Shown piece by piece: positions 54,483 through 64,000 of a stretch of 64,000 bases of DNA (within the stretch, counting starts at the first letter, position 1; every line of letters starts with the position of its first letter). The position numbers and the translations under genes were made by a program. Location of the stretch: assembly GCA_964346355.1 (NCBI GenBank), contig CAYFUH010000004.1, positions 2,769 through 66,768 of the forward strand. Reading direction: 5' to 3'. The notes below the pieces were generated by a model. That model had not been told where the DNA came from. It ran no database searches and saw only the letters and a program-made list of their open reading frames with translations. Source of the DNA: an uncultured Christensenella sp. GTDB taxonomy: Bacteria > Bacillota > Clostridia > Christensenellales > Aristaeellaceae.

Positions 54483-57311
54483 ATGAAGGACGCGTTGATC
54501 ATCAAAGGCGCGCGGGAACACAACCTCAAAAATGTGGACCTGACGCTGCCGCGCAATAAACTGATTGTATTTACAGGCTTGTCGGGCTCCGGCAAGTCCT
54601 CTTTGGCCTTTGACACCATTTACGCCGAGGGCCAGCGCCGCTATGTGGAAAGCATGTCCAGCTACGCCCGCCAGTTCTTGGGGCAGATGGAAAAGCCGGA
54701 TGTGGATGCCATTGACGGCCTCTCCCCCGCCATTTCGATTGACCAGAAGACATCCGGGCACAACCCGCGTTCCACCGTGGGCACGGTGACGGAGATCCAC
54801 GACTATCTGCGCCTGCTTTACGCGCGCATCGGCATCCCCCACTGCCCCAAGTGCGGGGTGGAGATTCGCCAGCAGACGGTGGACCAGATGGTGGACGCCA
54901 TCCTGCAGATGCCGGAGGATACGCGCTTGTTGATCCTGGCGCCTGTGGTGCGCGCGCGCAAGGGTGAGCACACCAAGCTGCTGGAAAACGCGGCCAAGTC
55001 CGGCTTTGTACGCGTGCAGATTGACGGCACCGTGTATGACCTGGATGATTTGCCCACCCTGGACAAGAAAAAGCGCCACGACATCGACCTGGTGGTGGAC
55101 CGGGTCATTGTCAAGCCGGATATCCGCACCCGCCTGGCCGGCTCCATCGAAACCGCCCTGCGCGAAGCGGGCGGCTTGATGGCAGTGCAGCCACTTGAAA
55201 ACAACGAGCGCATGCTGTTCTCCCAGAACTATGCCTGCCCGGACTGCAATATCAACATTGAGGAATTGGCACCCAGGATGTTCTCCTTCAACTCGCCCTA
55301 TGGGGCCTGCCCGGAGTGCTCCGGCCTGGGCGTGCTGAAGAACATCCCGGTGGACCTGGTGCTGCCTGATCTATCCAAATCCCTTAACCAGGGCGCGGTG
55401 AGCGCCATGGGCTGGAACAGCAGCGGGGATGAAAGCTCCATGTCACACATGATGTTTGTGGGGCTGAGCGAAAAATACAAGTTCAGCATGGATACGCCGG
55501 TGGGCGAATTACCCAGGGACATCCTGAACATCATCCTGTATGGCACGGGCGGCGTGAAGGTGCCCATGCGGTATGAGAGCATCTCCGGTTCTGGCACCTA
55601 TAACGTAAGCTATGAGGGCATCATCCCCACGCTGATGCGCCGCTACCGGGAGACCACCAGCGACGCGGCTAAGGCGATGTATGAATCCTTTATGCGGGAG
55701 GAGCCCTGCCCCGCCTGCCAGGGCAAGCGGCTGAAGCCTGAAGCCCTGGCTGTCACCGTGGGCGGGATGAACCTGGCGGATTTGAGCGCCTTGAACCTGA
55801 CGGAAGCCCAGCGCTTTTTGGAAAGCCTGAACCTGAGCCAGACCCATACCATGATCGCGGCGCAGATCATCAAGGAATTGCGCGCAAGGCTTTCTTTCCT
55901 GCGCGATGTGGGGCTGGATTATCTCAGCCTCTCCCGCGCGGCTGCCACCTTATCCGGCGGTGAGTCCCAGCGCATCCGCCTGGCGACACAGATTGGCTCG
56001 GGCTTAGTGGGCGTGCTGTACATTTTGGACGAGCCTTCTATCGGCCTGCACCAAAAGGACAACGCGCGCCTGCTGGGCACCCTGCGCCGCTTGCGCGATC
56101 TGGGCAACACCCTGATTGTGGTGGAGCATGATGAAGAAACCCTGCGCGCCGCGGATTACCTGGTGGACATCGGCCCGGGCGCCGGGCAGATGGGCGGACA
56201 CATCGTCACCCAGGGCACGCTGGATGAGGTGATGGCCTGTGAGGACTCCCTCACCGCCGATTACCTGTCCGGGCGCAAATACATCCCCGTGCCCACCAAG
56301 CGCAAAAAGCCCACCGGCTGGCTGACGGTCAAGGGCGCGCGCGCCAACAACCTCAAAAACCAGGATGTCAGGTTCCCCCTGGGCGTGTTTTGCGCGGTGT
56401 CGGGCGTATCCGGCAGCGGCAAGAGCAGCCTGGTGAACGAGATTTTGTACAAGGCCTTAGCCCGGGATTTGAACCGCGCGAGCACCTATCCCGCCGCGCA
56501 TACCGCGATTTTGGGGCTGGAGCATCTGGACAAGATCATCAACATCGACCAGTCCCCCATCGGCCGCACCCCGCGCAGCAACCCCGCCACCTATACAGGC
56601 GTGTTCGACTTGATCCGCAAGGTCTTTGCGATGACGCCGGAAGCCAAGGCGAGGGGCTACAAGGAAGGCCGTTTCTCCTTCAACGTGAAGGGCGGACGGT
56701 GCGAAGCCTGCAGCGGGGACGGCATGCTCAAGATTGAGATGCACTTTTTAGCCGACCTCTACGTTCCCTGCGAAGTGTGCAAGGGCAAGCGCTACAGCCA
56801 GGAAACCTTGCAGATCCGCTACCGCGGCAAAACCATTGCAGACGTCCTGGAGATGACGGTGGATGAGGCGCTGGCTTTCTTTGAGCACCACCCCACCATC
56901 AAGCGCAAGCTGAAGACCTTGGCGGATGTGGGGCTGACCTACATCAAACTGGGGCAGCCCTCCACCACCCTGTCGGGCGGTGAAGCCCAGCGCGTGAAGC
57001 TGGCGACGGAGCTGTCCAAAAGAGCAACCGGCAAGACGCTGGTGCTGCTGGATGAGCCCACCACAGGGCTGCACATGGATGATGTGGCGCGCCTGATTCA
57101 GGTGCTGCAGCGGCTGACCAAGTCCGGCAACACGGTGCTGGTCATTGAGCACAACCTGGACGTGCTCAAGACCGCGGACTATATCATCGACCTGGGGCCC
57201 GATGGCGGCGACCGCGGCGGCGAGGTGATCGCCACCGGCACGCCGGAGGACATCGCCAAGTCCTCCCAAAGCTATACCGGTGAGTACCTGCGCAAGGCAG
57301 GGATTTCCTGA
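54483..57311 (+). CDS. uvrA: Excinuclease ABC subunit A
   Basis: 942 aa. [12 protein letters not shown], two ABC ATPase modules ([18 protein letters not shown]), zinc-finger Cys motifs. Confidence 0.96.
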   Translation: MKDALIIKGAREHNLKNVDLTLPRNKLIVFTGLSGSGKSSLAFDTIYAEGQRRYVESMSSYARQFLGQMEKPDVDAIDGLSPAISIDQKTSGHNPRSTVGTVTEIHDYLRLLYARIGIPHCPKCGVEIRQQTVDQMVDAILQMPEDTRLLILAPVVRARKGEHTKLLENAAKSGFVRVQIDGTVYDLDDLPTLDKKKRHDIDLVVDRVIVKPDIRTRLAGSIETALREAGGLMAVQPLENNERMLFSQNYACPDCNINIEELAPRMFSFNSPYGACPECSGLGVLKNIPVDLVLPDLSKSLNQGAVSAMGWNSSGDESSMSHMMFVGLSEKYKFSMDTPVGELPRDILNIILYGTGGVKVPMRYESISGSGTYNVSYEGIIPTLMRRYRETTSDAAKAMYESFMREEPCPACQGKRLKPEALAVTVGGMNLADLSALNLTEAQRFLESLNLSQTHTMIAAQIIKELRARLSFLRDVGLDYLSLSRAAATLSGGESQRIRLATQIGSGLVGVLYILDEPSIGLHQKDNARLLGTLRRLRDLGNTLIVVEHDEETLRAADYLVDIGPGAGQMGGHIVTQGTLDEVMACEDSLTADYLSGRKYIPVPTKRKKPTGWLTVKGARANNLKNQDVRFPLGVFCAVSGVSGSGKSSLVNEILYKALARDLNRASTYPAAHTAILGLEHLDKIINIDQSPIGRTPRSNPATYTGVFDLIRKVFAMTPEAKARGYKEGRFSFNVKGGRCEACSGDGMLKIEMHFLADLYVPCEVCKGKRYSQETLQIRYRGKTIADVLEMTVDEALAFFEHHPTIKRKLKTLADVGLTYIKLGQPSTTLSGGEAQRVKLATELSKRATGKTLVLLDEPTTGLHMDDVARLIQVLQRLTKSGNTVLVIEHNLDVLKTADYIIDLGPDGGDRGGEVIATGTPEDIAKSSQSYTGEYLRKAGIS

Positions 57312-57511
57312 TGCGCTGCGCCTGCCCTTTTTGCGGGGATTTCATGCCCCAGGCGCAAAACCAGGCGCGCTGTGTGTGCCCGCACTGCGGCTATGTGTGC
57401 GCCGCCTGCGTGTCCAGGGACACGCCGCTTGATGTGGACACCATCCGCCAAATGGCGGAAGACAGGGCTTTTGAGCCGGCAGTAAAGCCCGATTTGGCGG
57501 GTGAATCCTGA
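57311..57511 (+). CDS. Small Cys-rich (zinc-ribbon-like) protein, 66 aa
   Basis: The ATG shares one nt with the uvrA stop (TGATG). Two CxxC pairs (CPFC, CPHC) plus CAAC. Followed by a terminator. Confidence 0.45.
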   Translation: MRCACPFCGDFMPQAQNQARCVCPHCGYVCAACVSRDTPLDVDTIRQMAEDRAFEPAVKPDLAGES

Positions 57512-57530
57512 TGCTTCCATCATCCATCCA

Positions 57531-57567
57531 AAAGAGCCGATTTCCTTGAACGCGCGGCTCTTTTTTT
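57531..57567 (+). terminator. Rho-independent terminator
   Basis: AAAGAGCCG-loop-CGGCTCTTT followed by TTTTG. Confidence 0.8.
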
Positions 57568-57601
57568 GTATACTGAATGGGTAGATTGTAGGAGGTATTG
57601 C

Positions 57602-58513
57602 ATGCAAGCATCGAACCAAAGCCCCCACCGCCGCGGCTGGCAGGTGTACAAAAACAGGTTCCCGCAGGTCATCATGACGCTGCTGTTTCAATTGCTGATC
57701 CGAGCCATCGCCTTCATCCCCTTTATTTACGCGGTCGCGACCGGATCGTTCTTTCAATTTGACAAGAACTACGCCATGGCCTTTGGCTTCTTGTTTTCCT
57801 TGCCCCTGTATGTGCTGCTGGTGATGCCCATGCGCTTCCAGGCCGCCGCCAAAAAGGCGCAGCTGCACGGCTTTGCGCGGGATGCCCGCATCGACGGCCG
57901 CAACTATGTCATCTGGCTGCGCGCGGCGCTGGTGCGCCTGCTGCGCGCGCTGCCCTTCATCCTGCCCTTTTTCGTGTTCGCGGGGCTGTATTACTATTTA
58001 ATGCCGTACCCGGATTTCACCGTGCCGATGCTGGCCATCTCCCGCATTGGGGATGTGATTGGCAAGGGCTTTTTGGGCGGCGCCATCATCACCGGTGTGG
58101 TGGGCATCGCCTCCGCCATCCTGGCCGCTTTGGGCTGGCTGCGCGGCGTTGCCTTTGAGCACCAGGCAGTGATTGAGCAGGGCATTAGGTTCTCGCTGGA
58201 CCAGGCGCACGCGCTGCGCAAGCGCCGCAAACGCACCATCCGCAATACCGTCTTCAAAAATGCGCTGCTGACCCTGCCTGCCATCATCGGGGTGATGGCG
58301 GTGATTGGAAACCACCTGATGTCCCTGCCGCGGGTGGGCATGCTGGCACTGGATTACTTAAACGCTGCTGCCAACTTGCTGAAGTTTGATTTCCCGGCCA
58401 TGGTGCCCATCATGATCGCGGTTATTTTGCTGGTGCTCTGGCTGCCCATCCTGCCGCTTCGCAAGCTGGCGCTGTGCGCCGTGATGACGGAAGACCACCA
58501 AGCCGGCGCATGA
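57602..58513 (+). CDS. Polytopic membrane protein of unknown function (303 aa)
   Basis: ORF 57566.. trimmed to ATG 57602 (TAGGAGGT RBS). At least 6 hydrophobic segments. No recognisable family. Confidence 0.7.
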   Translation: MQASNQSPHRRGWQVYKNRFPQVIMTLLFQLLIRAIAFIPFIYAVATGSFFQFDKNYAMAFGFLFSLPLYVLLVMPMRFQAAAKKAQLHGFARDARIDGRNYVIWLRAALVRLLRALPFILPFFVFAGLYYYLMPYPDFTVPMLAISRIGDVIGKGFLGGAIITGVVGIASAILAALGWLRGVAFEHQAVIEQGIRFSLDQAHALRKRRKRTIRNTVFKNALLTLPAIIGVMAVIGNHLMSLPRVGMLALDYLNAAANLLKFDFPAMVPIMIAVILLVLWLPILPLRKLALCAVMTEDHQAGA

Positions 58514-59238
58514 GCAAAGCACGCCTGGACAAGCTGATCTCCGAGCGCACAGACCTAAGCCGCGCGGAAGCCAAGCAAGCTATCCGGGCGGGCCGGGTGC
58601 AGGCAGCAGGCCAGGTGATCAGGACGCCGGACGCCAGGGTGGACGCCAACTTGGGCTTGACGCTGGACCAAACCCCTTTGCGCGGGGACAGCGAGCTGTA
58701 CATCCTGCTGTATAAGCCAACAGGCCTTTTGACCGCGGCCAGGGACAGCAAAGCGCCCACGGTGATGGACCTGTTGCCCCCCTTGTTGTTAAAGCGCAGG
58801 TGTATGCCGGTGGGACGGCTTGACAAGGATACCTCTGGCCTCCTCTTGCTGATGACGGATGGAGCGCTGGCGCACCGCCTGCTCTCCCCCAGGCGCGGGA
58901 TTGAAAAGCTGTATGAAGCGCAGGTGGCAGGTAAACTGGACACGGAGGATGTACAAGCCTTTGCCGCGGGCATCGTGCTGAGCGACTTCACAGCCCAGCC
59001 CGCAGATATGCGCATCCTGGACGCAAACGACGAAAGCAGCACCGCGCAGGTGATTTTGACAGAGGGCAAGCACCGCCAGGTGCGGCGGATGTTTGGCAGC
59101 CGCGGGCACGAGGTGCTCACCCTCAAACGCCTGCGCTTTGGCCCGGTTGAATTGGGCGAGGATTTGCCCATAGGGGCATACAGGGAACTGACGGACGCGG
59201 AAGTCCAGGCATTGAAGGAGACGGTAGACCTTGGCTGA
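58510..59238 (+). CDS. rsuA: Pseudouridine synthase, RsuA/RluB family (S4 domain + catalytic domain)
   Basis: ORF 58474.. trimmed to ATG 58510 (ATGA overlap). RLDKLISE...SRAEAKQAIRAGRV (S4 domain), catalytic GRLDKDTSGLLLL. Confidence 0.88.
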   Translation: MSKARLDKLISERTDLSRAEAKQAIRAGRVQAAGQVIRTPDARVDANLGLTLDQTPLRGDSELYILLYKPTGLLTAARDSKAPTVMDLLPPLLLKRRCMPVGRLDKDTSGLLLLMTDGALAHRLLSPRRGIEKLYEAQVAGKLDTEDVQAFAAGIVLSDFTAQPADMRILDANDESSTAQVILTEGKHRQVRRMFGSRGHEVLTLKRLRFGPVELGEDLPIGAYRELTDAEVQALKETVDLG

Positions 59239-59836
59239 GCAGTATTTTGAGGCGCACCCCACCTCTGAGCACGACCTGCGGGACATCCAATTTTCCTTTG
59301 ACGGGGTGGATTTTGTCTTTGCGACCGATGCCGGCGTCTTCTCCCGCGAGGGGCTGGACGATGGCACAAGCCTTCTGCTGAAGGAGGCGCTGCCGCATCT
59401 GTCCGGCCGGGTGCTGGACCTGGGCTGCGGCTGGGGCGCTGTGGGCGTGATTTGCAAAAAACTCAAACCCGCCCTGGAACTTGTGATGACGGACGTCAAC
59501 ACCCGCGCGGCGGAGCTGGCCAGACAGAACCTGGCGCGAAACGCTGTTTGCGCGCAGGTAGTCACAGGGGATGGATTTGAGCAGGTACAAGGCCCCTTTG
59601 ACTGGATCCTGCTTAACCCGCCCATCCGGGCCGGGAAGCAGTTAATCTATTCGCTGTATGAGGACAGCGCGCGGCACCTGGCGGACAAGGGCACCCTTGC
59701 CATCGTCATCCGCAAGCAGCAGGGGGCGCTTTCCACCAGGGAGTTTTTGCAGACATTGTTTGAGGATGTCCGGCTTGTGAACCGGAAAAAGGGCTACCAC
59801 ATCTATTTTTGCAGGAGGGCACAACATGACATATGA
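59231..59836 (+). CDS. Class I SAM-dependent methyltransferase (RsmC/small-MTase type)
   Basis: 201 aa. VLDLGCGWGAVG (motif I), LNPPIRAGK (NPPY-like motif IV). Confidence 0.82.
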   Translation: MAEQYFEAHPTSEHDLRDIQFSFDGVDFVFATDAGVFSREGLDDGTSLLLKEALPHLSGRVLDLGCGWGAVGVICKKLKPALELVMTDVNTRAAELARQNLARNAVCAQVVTGDGFEQVQGPFDWILLNPPIRAGKQLIYSLYEDSARHLADKGTLAIVIRKQQGALSTREFLQTLFEDVRLVNRKKGYHIYFCRRAQHDI

Positions 59837-61001
59837 CCAGGCATTTTTTGATGCCGGGATTGACCGCACCGGCACCAACAGCTTAAAGTGGTGCGCCAGA
59901 AGCTTCATCCAGGAGGGCATGGTGCCCCTGTGGGTGGCGGACATGGACTTTGCCTGCGCCGCCCCCATTACCGACGCGCTCAAGGCGCGCGCGGAGCATG
60001 CCTGCTTTGGCTATACCTTCCCCGATGACACGGACGCAGACGCGCTGATTGGGTTTTGGGCGCGCCGGCACAGGCTGCGCCTTCAAAGAGAGGACCTGCT
60101 GATGATGCCCACCGTGGTCGCCGGCCTGCGCGCCTGCGTGCAGACCATGACACAGCCGGGTGACGGCGTCATCATCCAAACCCCCGTGTACGGCCCCTTT
60201 ATTTCCAGTGTCCAGGAAAGCAGCCGGGTGGTGCTGGATGCCGGCTTGTGCCGGGATGCGGACGGCCGCTACACCATGGATTTTGACGCGATCGAGCGCT
60301 TCTTAAAGCAGGGCGCTAGGCTGATGATCCTCTGCAACCCGCACAACCCTGTCAGCCGCGCCTGGTCACAGGAGGAGCTGCGCGCGCTGCTGTCCCTGCT
60401 TAACCGGTACAAAGCCCGGCTGGTGTCGGATGAAATCCACGCCGATTTTGTGTTTGCGCCCCGCAGCTTTGTGCCTGTCCTCTCGCTTCCGGAAGCCGGG
60501 GAGGGCACCATCGCGCTGGTCTCCGCCAGCAAAACCTTCAACATCGCGGGGCTGCAGCAGGCGACCGCCATCTGCCGGGACCACGACATCATCAACCTGC
60601 TGCGGCGCCACTTAGAGCGCGTAGGCGCGCAATCCGGCAACATCTTTGCCCTCACTGCCACCCGCGCGGCCTACACCCAGTGTGATGACTGGCTGGACGG
60701 GCTGATGCAGTACCTGCGCGGCAACCAGGAAACCTTAAAAAACCTGATTGCTGAGTTGCTGCCCCACGCGGTGCTTACCCCCATGGAGGCCACCTTCTTA
60801 GCCTGGGTGGACATCCGCCCCTATGAGGTGCCGCACTGTGATGTGGACGGCCGATGCCGCCGCCACGGCGTGGTGTTGACAGACGGCCAGTTCTTTGGCG
60901 TAAGCAGCGGCGAAGGATTTATGCGTATTAACTATGGCTGCCCTCAAGGGCAATTATTGGAAGGCGTGCAGCGCTTTGCGCACGCGATAAAGGAAGGGTG
61001 A
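59826..61001 (+). CDS. MalY/PatB-family PLP-dependent C-S lyase (cystathionine beta-lyase-like)
   Basis: 391 aa. DRTGTNSLKW, LWVADMDF, LCNPHNP, SASKTFN (PLP lysine). Confidence 0.88.
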   Translation: MTYDQAFFDAGIDRTGTNSLKWCARSFIQEGMVPLWVADMDFACAAPITDALKARAEHACFGYTFPDDTDADALIGFWARRHRLRLQREDLLMMPTVVAGLRACVQTMTQPGDGVIIQTPVYGPFISSVQESSRVVLDAGLCRDADGRYTMDFDAIERFLKQGARLMILCNPHNPVSRAWSQEELRALLSLLNRYKARLVSDEIHADFVFAPRSFVPVLSLPEAGEGTIALVSASKTFNIAGLQQATAICRDHDIINLLRRHLERVGAQSGNIFALTATRAAYTQCDDWLDGLMQYLRGNQETLKNLIAELLPHAVLTPMEATFLAWVDIRPYEVPHCDVDGRCRRHGVVLTDGQFFGVSSGEGFMRINYGCPQGQLLEGVQRFAHAIKEG

Positions 61002-61005
61002 CAAC

Positions 61006-62397
61006 ATGACACACAAGGAATTTGACAAACTGCTGGAAAGCCTGCAAGAACCCATGGTCAAAACCCTGCAGGAGTGGGTCCGCATCCCCAGTTTGAAGGA
61101 AGACCCGGCAGACAATGCGCCATTTGGCCAGCCGCTGCGCCTGATGCTGGACAAGACGCTGGCAGACTGCCGCGCATTGGGCTTTGAGGTGAAGGACTAC
61201 GGCGGCTACGCGGGTGACGCCAAGATGGGCGAAGGCAGTGACGGGGACGCGCTGGGCATCCTCGCGCATGTGGACGTGGTGCCCGTTGGCGACGGCTGGA
61301 CGCGGGAGCCGTTCGGCGCGCAGATTGAGGGCGATTTGATGTATGGCCGCGGTACCAGCGATGACAAGGGCCCCCTGGCCGCCGCGCTGTATGCCATGGT
61401 CGCCGTCAAGAAAGCAGGCATTCCGCTTCAGCGCAAGGTGACCCTCATCTTTGGCTGTGACGAGGAAAGCGGCATGGAAGACATGAAACACTACAAAAAA
61501 GTGGCCACCATGCCAAGGACCGGCTTCAGCCCGGACGCCAGCTACCCCATCATCAACCTGGAAAAAGGCATGGTGGGCCTGGGTCTCACAGCGCAGGTGC
61601 CAAAAGACGGCCTGCGCGTGCTGGAACTCAATGTGGGCGAGCGACAAAACGTCATCCCCGGCAAAGCCAGCGCGCTGGTTTCAGGCGACACCAGCCTGAT
61701 TGAAAAGGTGGCCGAGGTCTCCAGACAATATGGCTGGCCGGTCGAAGCGAAGATGGAAAACGGCGCGGTGCGCATCCTGGCGACCGGCATCAATGGCCAC
61801 GCTGCTTATCCAGAGACCGCGCGCAACGCCATTGGGCAGCTTTTAATTACATTAAAGGAACTGGGCGCAACCGGTCCCATCGCCACGCTGGCCTTGGCCA
61901 TCGGGACGGATTCCTATGGCGAAGGCCTGGGCATCAAGGCGGAGGATAAGGCCAGCGGCCCGCTGACCTGCAACCTGGGTATCATCCGTTTGAAGGATGA
62001 CACATTAAGCGCGACCCTGGACATCCGCTACCCCCTCCTGATTGCGGGTGAGCGCATCCGGGACATTGTGGCAGCGCACCTGGACGGCTTTGAGGTAGCG
62101 CAGAACTTCTTTAAACTGCCCCATTATGTGCCCGCGTCCAGCGCCCTGGTGCAAGGCTTGCTGGATGCCTACCACGGGGTGACCGGACGGGAAAAAACCA
62201 CCCTGTCCACCGGCGGCGGCACCTATGCGCGCATGCTGGAGGAAGGTGTCGCTTTTGGTGCCAGCTTCCCGGAGGACCCGGATGTTGCCCACCAGGCGGA
62301 TGAGCACATCAGCATTGAGAAATTGATGACCAGCATGAAGATTTTTGCCCATGCCATCATCAACCTGGCGGGCAAGGAAGGACTGCGTGATGCGTGA
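61006..62397 (+). CDS. pepV: M20-family dipeptidase PepV (Sapep type)
   Basis: 463 aa. AHVDVVPVGDGW, GRGTSDDKGP, GCDEESG. Confidence 0.9.
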   Translation: MTHKEFDKLLESLQEPMVKTLQEWVRIPSLKEDPADNAPFGQPLRLMLDKTLADCRALGFEVKDYGGYAGDAKMGEGSDGDALGILAHVDVVPVGDGWTREPFGAQIEGDLMYGRGTSDDKGPLAAALYAMVAVKKAGIPLQRKVTLIFGCDEESGMEDMKHYKKVATMPRTGFSPDASYPIINLEKGMVGLGLTAQVPKDGLRVLELNVGERQNVIPGKASALVSGDTSLIEKVAEVSRQYGWPVEAKMENGAVRILATGINGHAAYPETARNAIGQLLITLKELGATGPIATLALAIGTDSYGEGLGIKAEDKASGPLTCNLGIIRLKDDTLSATLDIRYPLLIAGERIRDIVAAHLDGFEVAQNFFKLPHYVPASSALVQGLLDAYHGVTGREKTTLSTGGGTYARMLEEGVAFGASFPEDPDVAHQADEHISIEKLMTSMKIFAHAIINLAGKEGLRDA

Positions 62398-62749
62398 AAC
62401 CAAGATGATTACCTGCATCTCCTGCCCTGTGGGCTGCCGGATGACTGTCACCTTGGAAGACGGCCAGTTTGAAAGCGTCACCGGCAATGCCTGCAAGCGC
62501 GGGGAGGTATACGCCCGGCAGGAAAGCGTGATGCCCATGCGCATGGTGACCGCGGTGGCACCGGTAATCGGCAGCGCGGTGCCCATCAGCTTAAAAACCG
62601 AAACCCCCATCCCCAAGGACAAGATTGCCGCGTGCATGGACGAGATCAACGCCCTGCAGCTGCGCATGCCCATTTTGCTGGGCGATGTCCTCAAAGAAAA
62701 TGTGGCGGGCACCGGGGTCAACCTGGTGGCGACCCGCACCCTGGTGTAA
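62390..62749 (+). CDS. DUF1667 domain protein
   Basis: ORF 62345.. trimmed to ATG 62390 (alternative start 62405). ITCISCPVGCRMTV...VTGNACKRG Cys pattern typical of DUF1667, as I recall it. Confidence 0.7.
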   Translation: MRETKMITCISCPVGCRMTVTLEDGQFESVTGNACKRGEVYARQESVMPMRMVTAVAPVIGSAVPISLKTETPIPKDKIAACMDEINALQLRMPILLGDVLKENVAGTGVNLVATRTLV

Positions 62750-62753
62750 AGCG

Positions 62754-63719
62754 ATGTTAAAACCTATGTTAATGACCCCGGCCTGGCGCCACGGCGCCAT
62801 GACGCCCTGGGGCGGGGAGAAACTAAGCCATCTGTACAATAAAAAAAGCCCTGGTCCGCAGGCAGGCGAGTGCCTGGAATTATCCGCCATCCCCGGGCTT
62901 GAAAGCAGGGATGAGGACGGACGTACCCTCACCCAGTTAATTGAGGAGCACGGCAGCGCACTGTTAGGCCGCAAAATCAAGGAGCCTTTTCCCCTGCTGC
63001 TCAAGCTGATTGACGCGAAGGAACAGCTGTCCGTCCAGGTGCACCCGGATGATGACTACGCGCGGGAACACCACGGCAAACTGGGCAAGAACGAAGCCTG
63101 GGTCATCCTGCACGCGGAGCCGGGCGCGCAGCTGATCATCGGGCTTAAGGACGGCGTCACAGAGGAAGACCTGCGCCAAGCCGCCAAAAAGGGCAGGGCA
63201 GTAGAATCCATGATGCGCAAGGTTTCCGTACAGCCGGGCGAGGTGTACTACATTCCCGCCGGCACTGTACACGCCATTGGCGCGGGCTTGGTACTGTATG
63301 AAATCCAGCAGTCCAGCGATGTCACCTACCGCCTGTATGACTGGGGCCGGGTGGATGAGGACGGCAAGGGGCGCGAGCTGCACCTGGCGGATTCGCTGAA
63401 TGTGGTGGACCTAGGCAGCCGCCCCACGCCCGCAGAACCGGGGCTGGTGCTTTCTGATGAGCGCGGCAGGATGGAGCGCATGCTGGACACGCCCTATTTC
63501 CAGCTGGACAGGCTGAGTGATTGCAAAGACCTGCGCATCCAGTCCTCCCCCTCCAATTTCTCCGTCATCACTGCCTTCTCCCCCATGTGGATTGCCTGGG
63601 AGGACGGTGAACTCAAGCTGCAGGCCGGGCAGACCGCCCTCTTGCCTGCGGATGGCTATGAGCTGTCCCTGACTGGTGACAGCGCGCTGCTGGCCTCCCC
63701 GCACGTACTGGAATCCTGA
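62754..63719 (+). CDS. manA: Class I mannose-6-phosphate isomerase
   Basis: ORF 62625.. trimmed to ATG 62754. PWGGEKL, LSVQVHPDD, KNEAWVIL, GTVHAIG. Confidence 0.88.
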   Translation: MLKPMLMTPAWRHGAMTPWGGEKLSHLYNKKSPGPQAGECLELSAIPGLESRDEDGRTLTQLIEEHGSALLGRKIKEPFPLLLKLIDAKEQLSVQVHPDDDYAREHHGKLGKNEAWVILHAEPGAQLIIGLKDGVTEEDLRQAAKKGRAVESMMRKVSVQPGEVYYIPAGTVHAIGAGLVLYEIQQSSDVTYRLYDWGRVDEDGKGRELHLADSLNVVDLGSRPTPAEPGLVLSDERGRMERMLDTPYFQLDRLSDCKDLRIQSSPSNFSVITAFSPMWIAWEDGELKLQAGQTALLPADGYELSLTGDSALLASPHVLES

Positions 63720-63733
63720 TTATAAAAACAACA

Positions 63734-63767
63734 AGCCGGGCGCGGTACAGACTGCGCCCGGCTTTTG
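63734..63767. terminator. Bidirectional terminator
   Basis: AGCCGGGCGC-loop-GCGCCCGGCT (10 bp) followed by TTTTG, between convergent genes. Confidence 0.8.
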
Positions 63768-63779
63768 CTAATGCAAGAT

Positions 63780-64000
63780 TTATAGATGGCTCAGCAAGTT
63801 TTCAATGCTGGCTTTCGCGTCACCCAGCAAAAGCAGGATAGTGGGATTTGGCGCATACAGGGGGTTGTCCACACCGGCGTAGCCTGGCTTGGTATCAAAA
63901 TTGCAGATGATCAGCCGGCGCGCCTTGTCCGCGTCCAGGATAGGCATGCCGTAAATGGGCGTGCCCTCCGCCGTGTTGGCAGCCGGGTTGATGACGTCAT
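63780..64000 (-). CDS. C-terminal 72 aa of an unidentified protein (gene starts beyond right edge)
   Basis: My translation of the minus strand: ...DVINPAANTAEGTPIYGMPILDADKARRLIICNFDTKPGYAGVDNPLYAPNPTILLLLGDAKASIENLLSHL, with stop TAA at 63780-63782. Not in the ORF track because its start lies outside the window. Confidence 0.55.
   Translation of the reverse strand, partial: DVINPAANTAEGTPIYGMPILDADKARRLIICNFDTKPGYAGVDNPLYAPNPTILLLLGDAKASIENLLSHL

Noticed and set aside
1-64000. CRISPR arrays, IS elements, REP-like dispersed repeats, rRNA
   Set aside because: Reading through all intergenic gaps (all under 300 nt) showed only unique hairpin terminators. No spaced direct repeats, terminal inverted repeats, transposase or Cas motifs were seen.

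Overview
GC-rich, gene-dense chromosomal segment with about 58 CDS and one tRNA; almost every intergenic gap is under 300 nt. It looks like a Clostridia-class Firmicute: GGAGG-type Shine-Dalgarno sites, purR-pth-mfd synteny, an nfeD-floA operon, DegV paralogues, and GlnRS plus GluRS. I found no rRNA, CRISPR array, IS/transposase, integrase or prophage genes. The left 16.1 kb (all minus strand, genes overlapping or nearly abutting) is an accessory carbohydrate locus. It reads SBP | giant SBP - 2 permeases - NHL/TPR/Yip1 membrane protein - 793-aa secreted unknown | 2 permeases | secreted GH16 laminarinase | large phosphorylase-like gene running off the left edge. That nested double ABC importer, with its uncharacterised five-gene cassette, is my best candidate for an undescribed system. 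The remaining ~48 kb is mostly housekeeping: malic enzyme, glnS-gltX, mutY, tRNA-Trp, rplS, nfeD-floA, UDG, ttcA-like, purR-pth-mfd, zur-znuACB, uvrA, rsuA, pepV and manA. Smaller oddities are interspersed. These include a Dak2-DegV fusion coupled to a DUF1295 membrane enzyme, a His15-less HPr paralogue and a GNAT-GH130-M19 dipeptidase operon. There is also a long-form Prs-like gene translationally coupled to two small membrane or coiled-coil proteins, and several secreted proteins of unknown function. Candidate operators read directly from the sequence are a LexA/Cheo-like box in the uvrA promoter, PurBox-like sites at purR and at an NCS2 permease, and a 7-3-7 palindrome at the zur promoter. 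All family calls rest on motifs read by eye and on memory, not on database searches.
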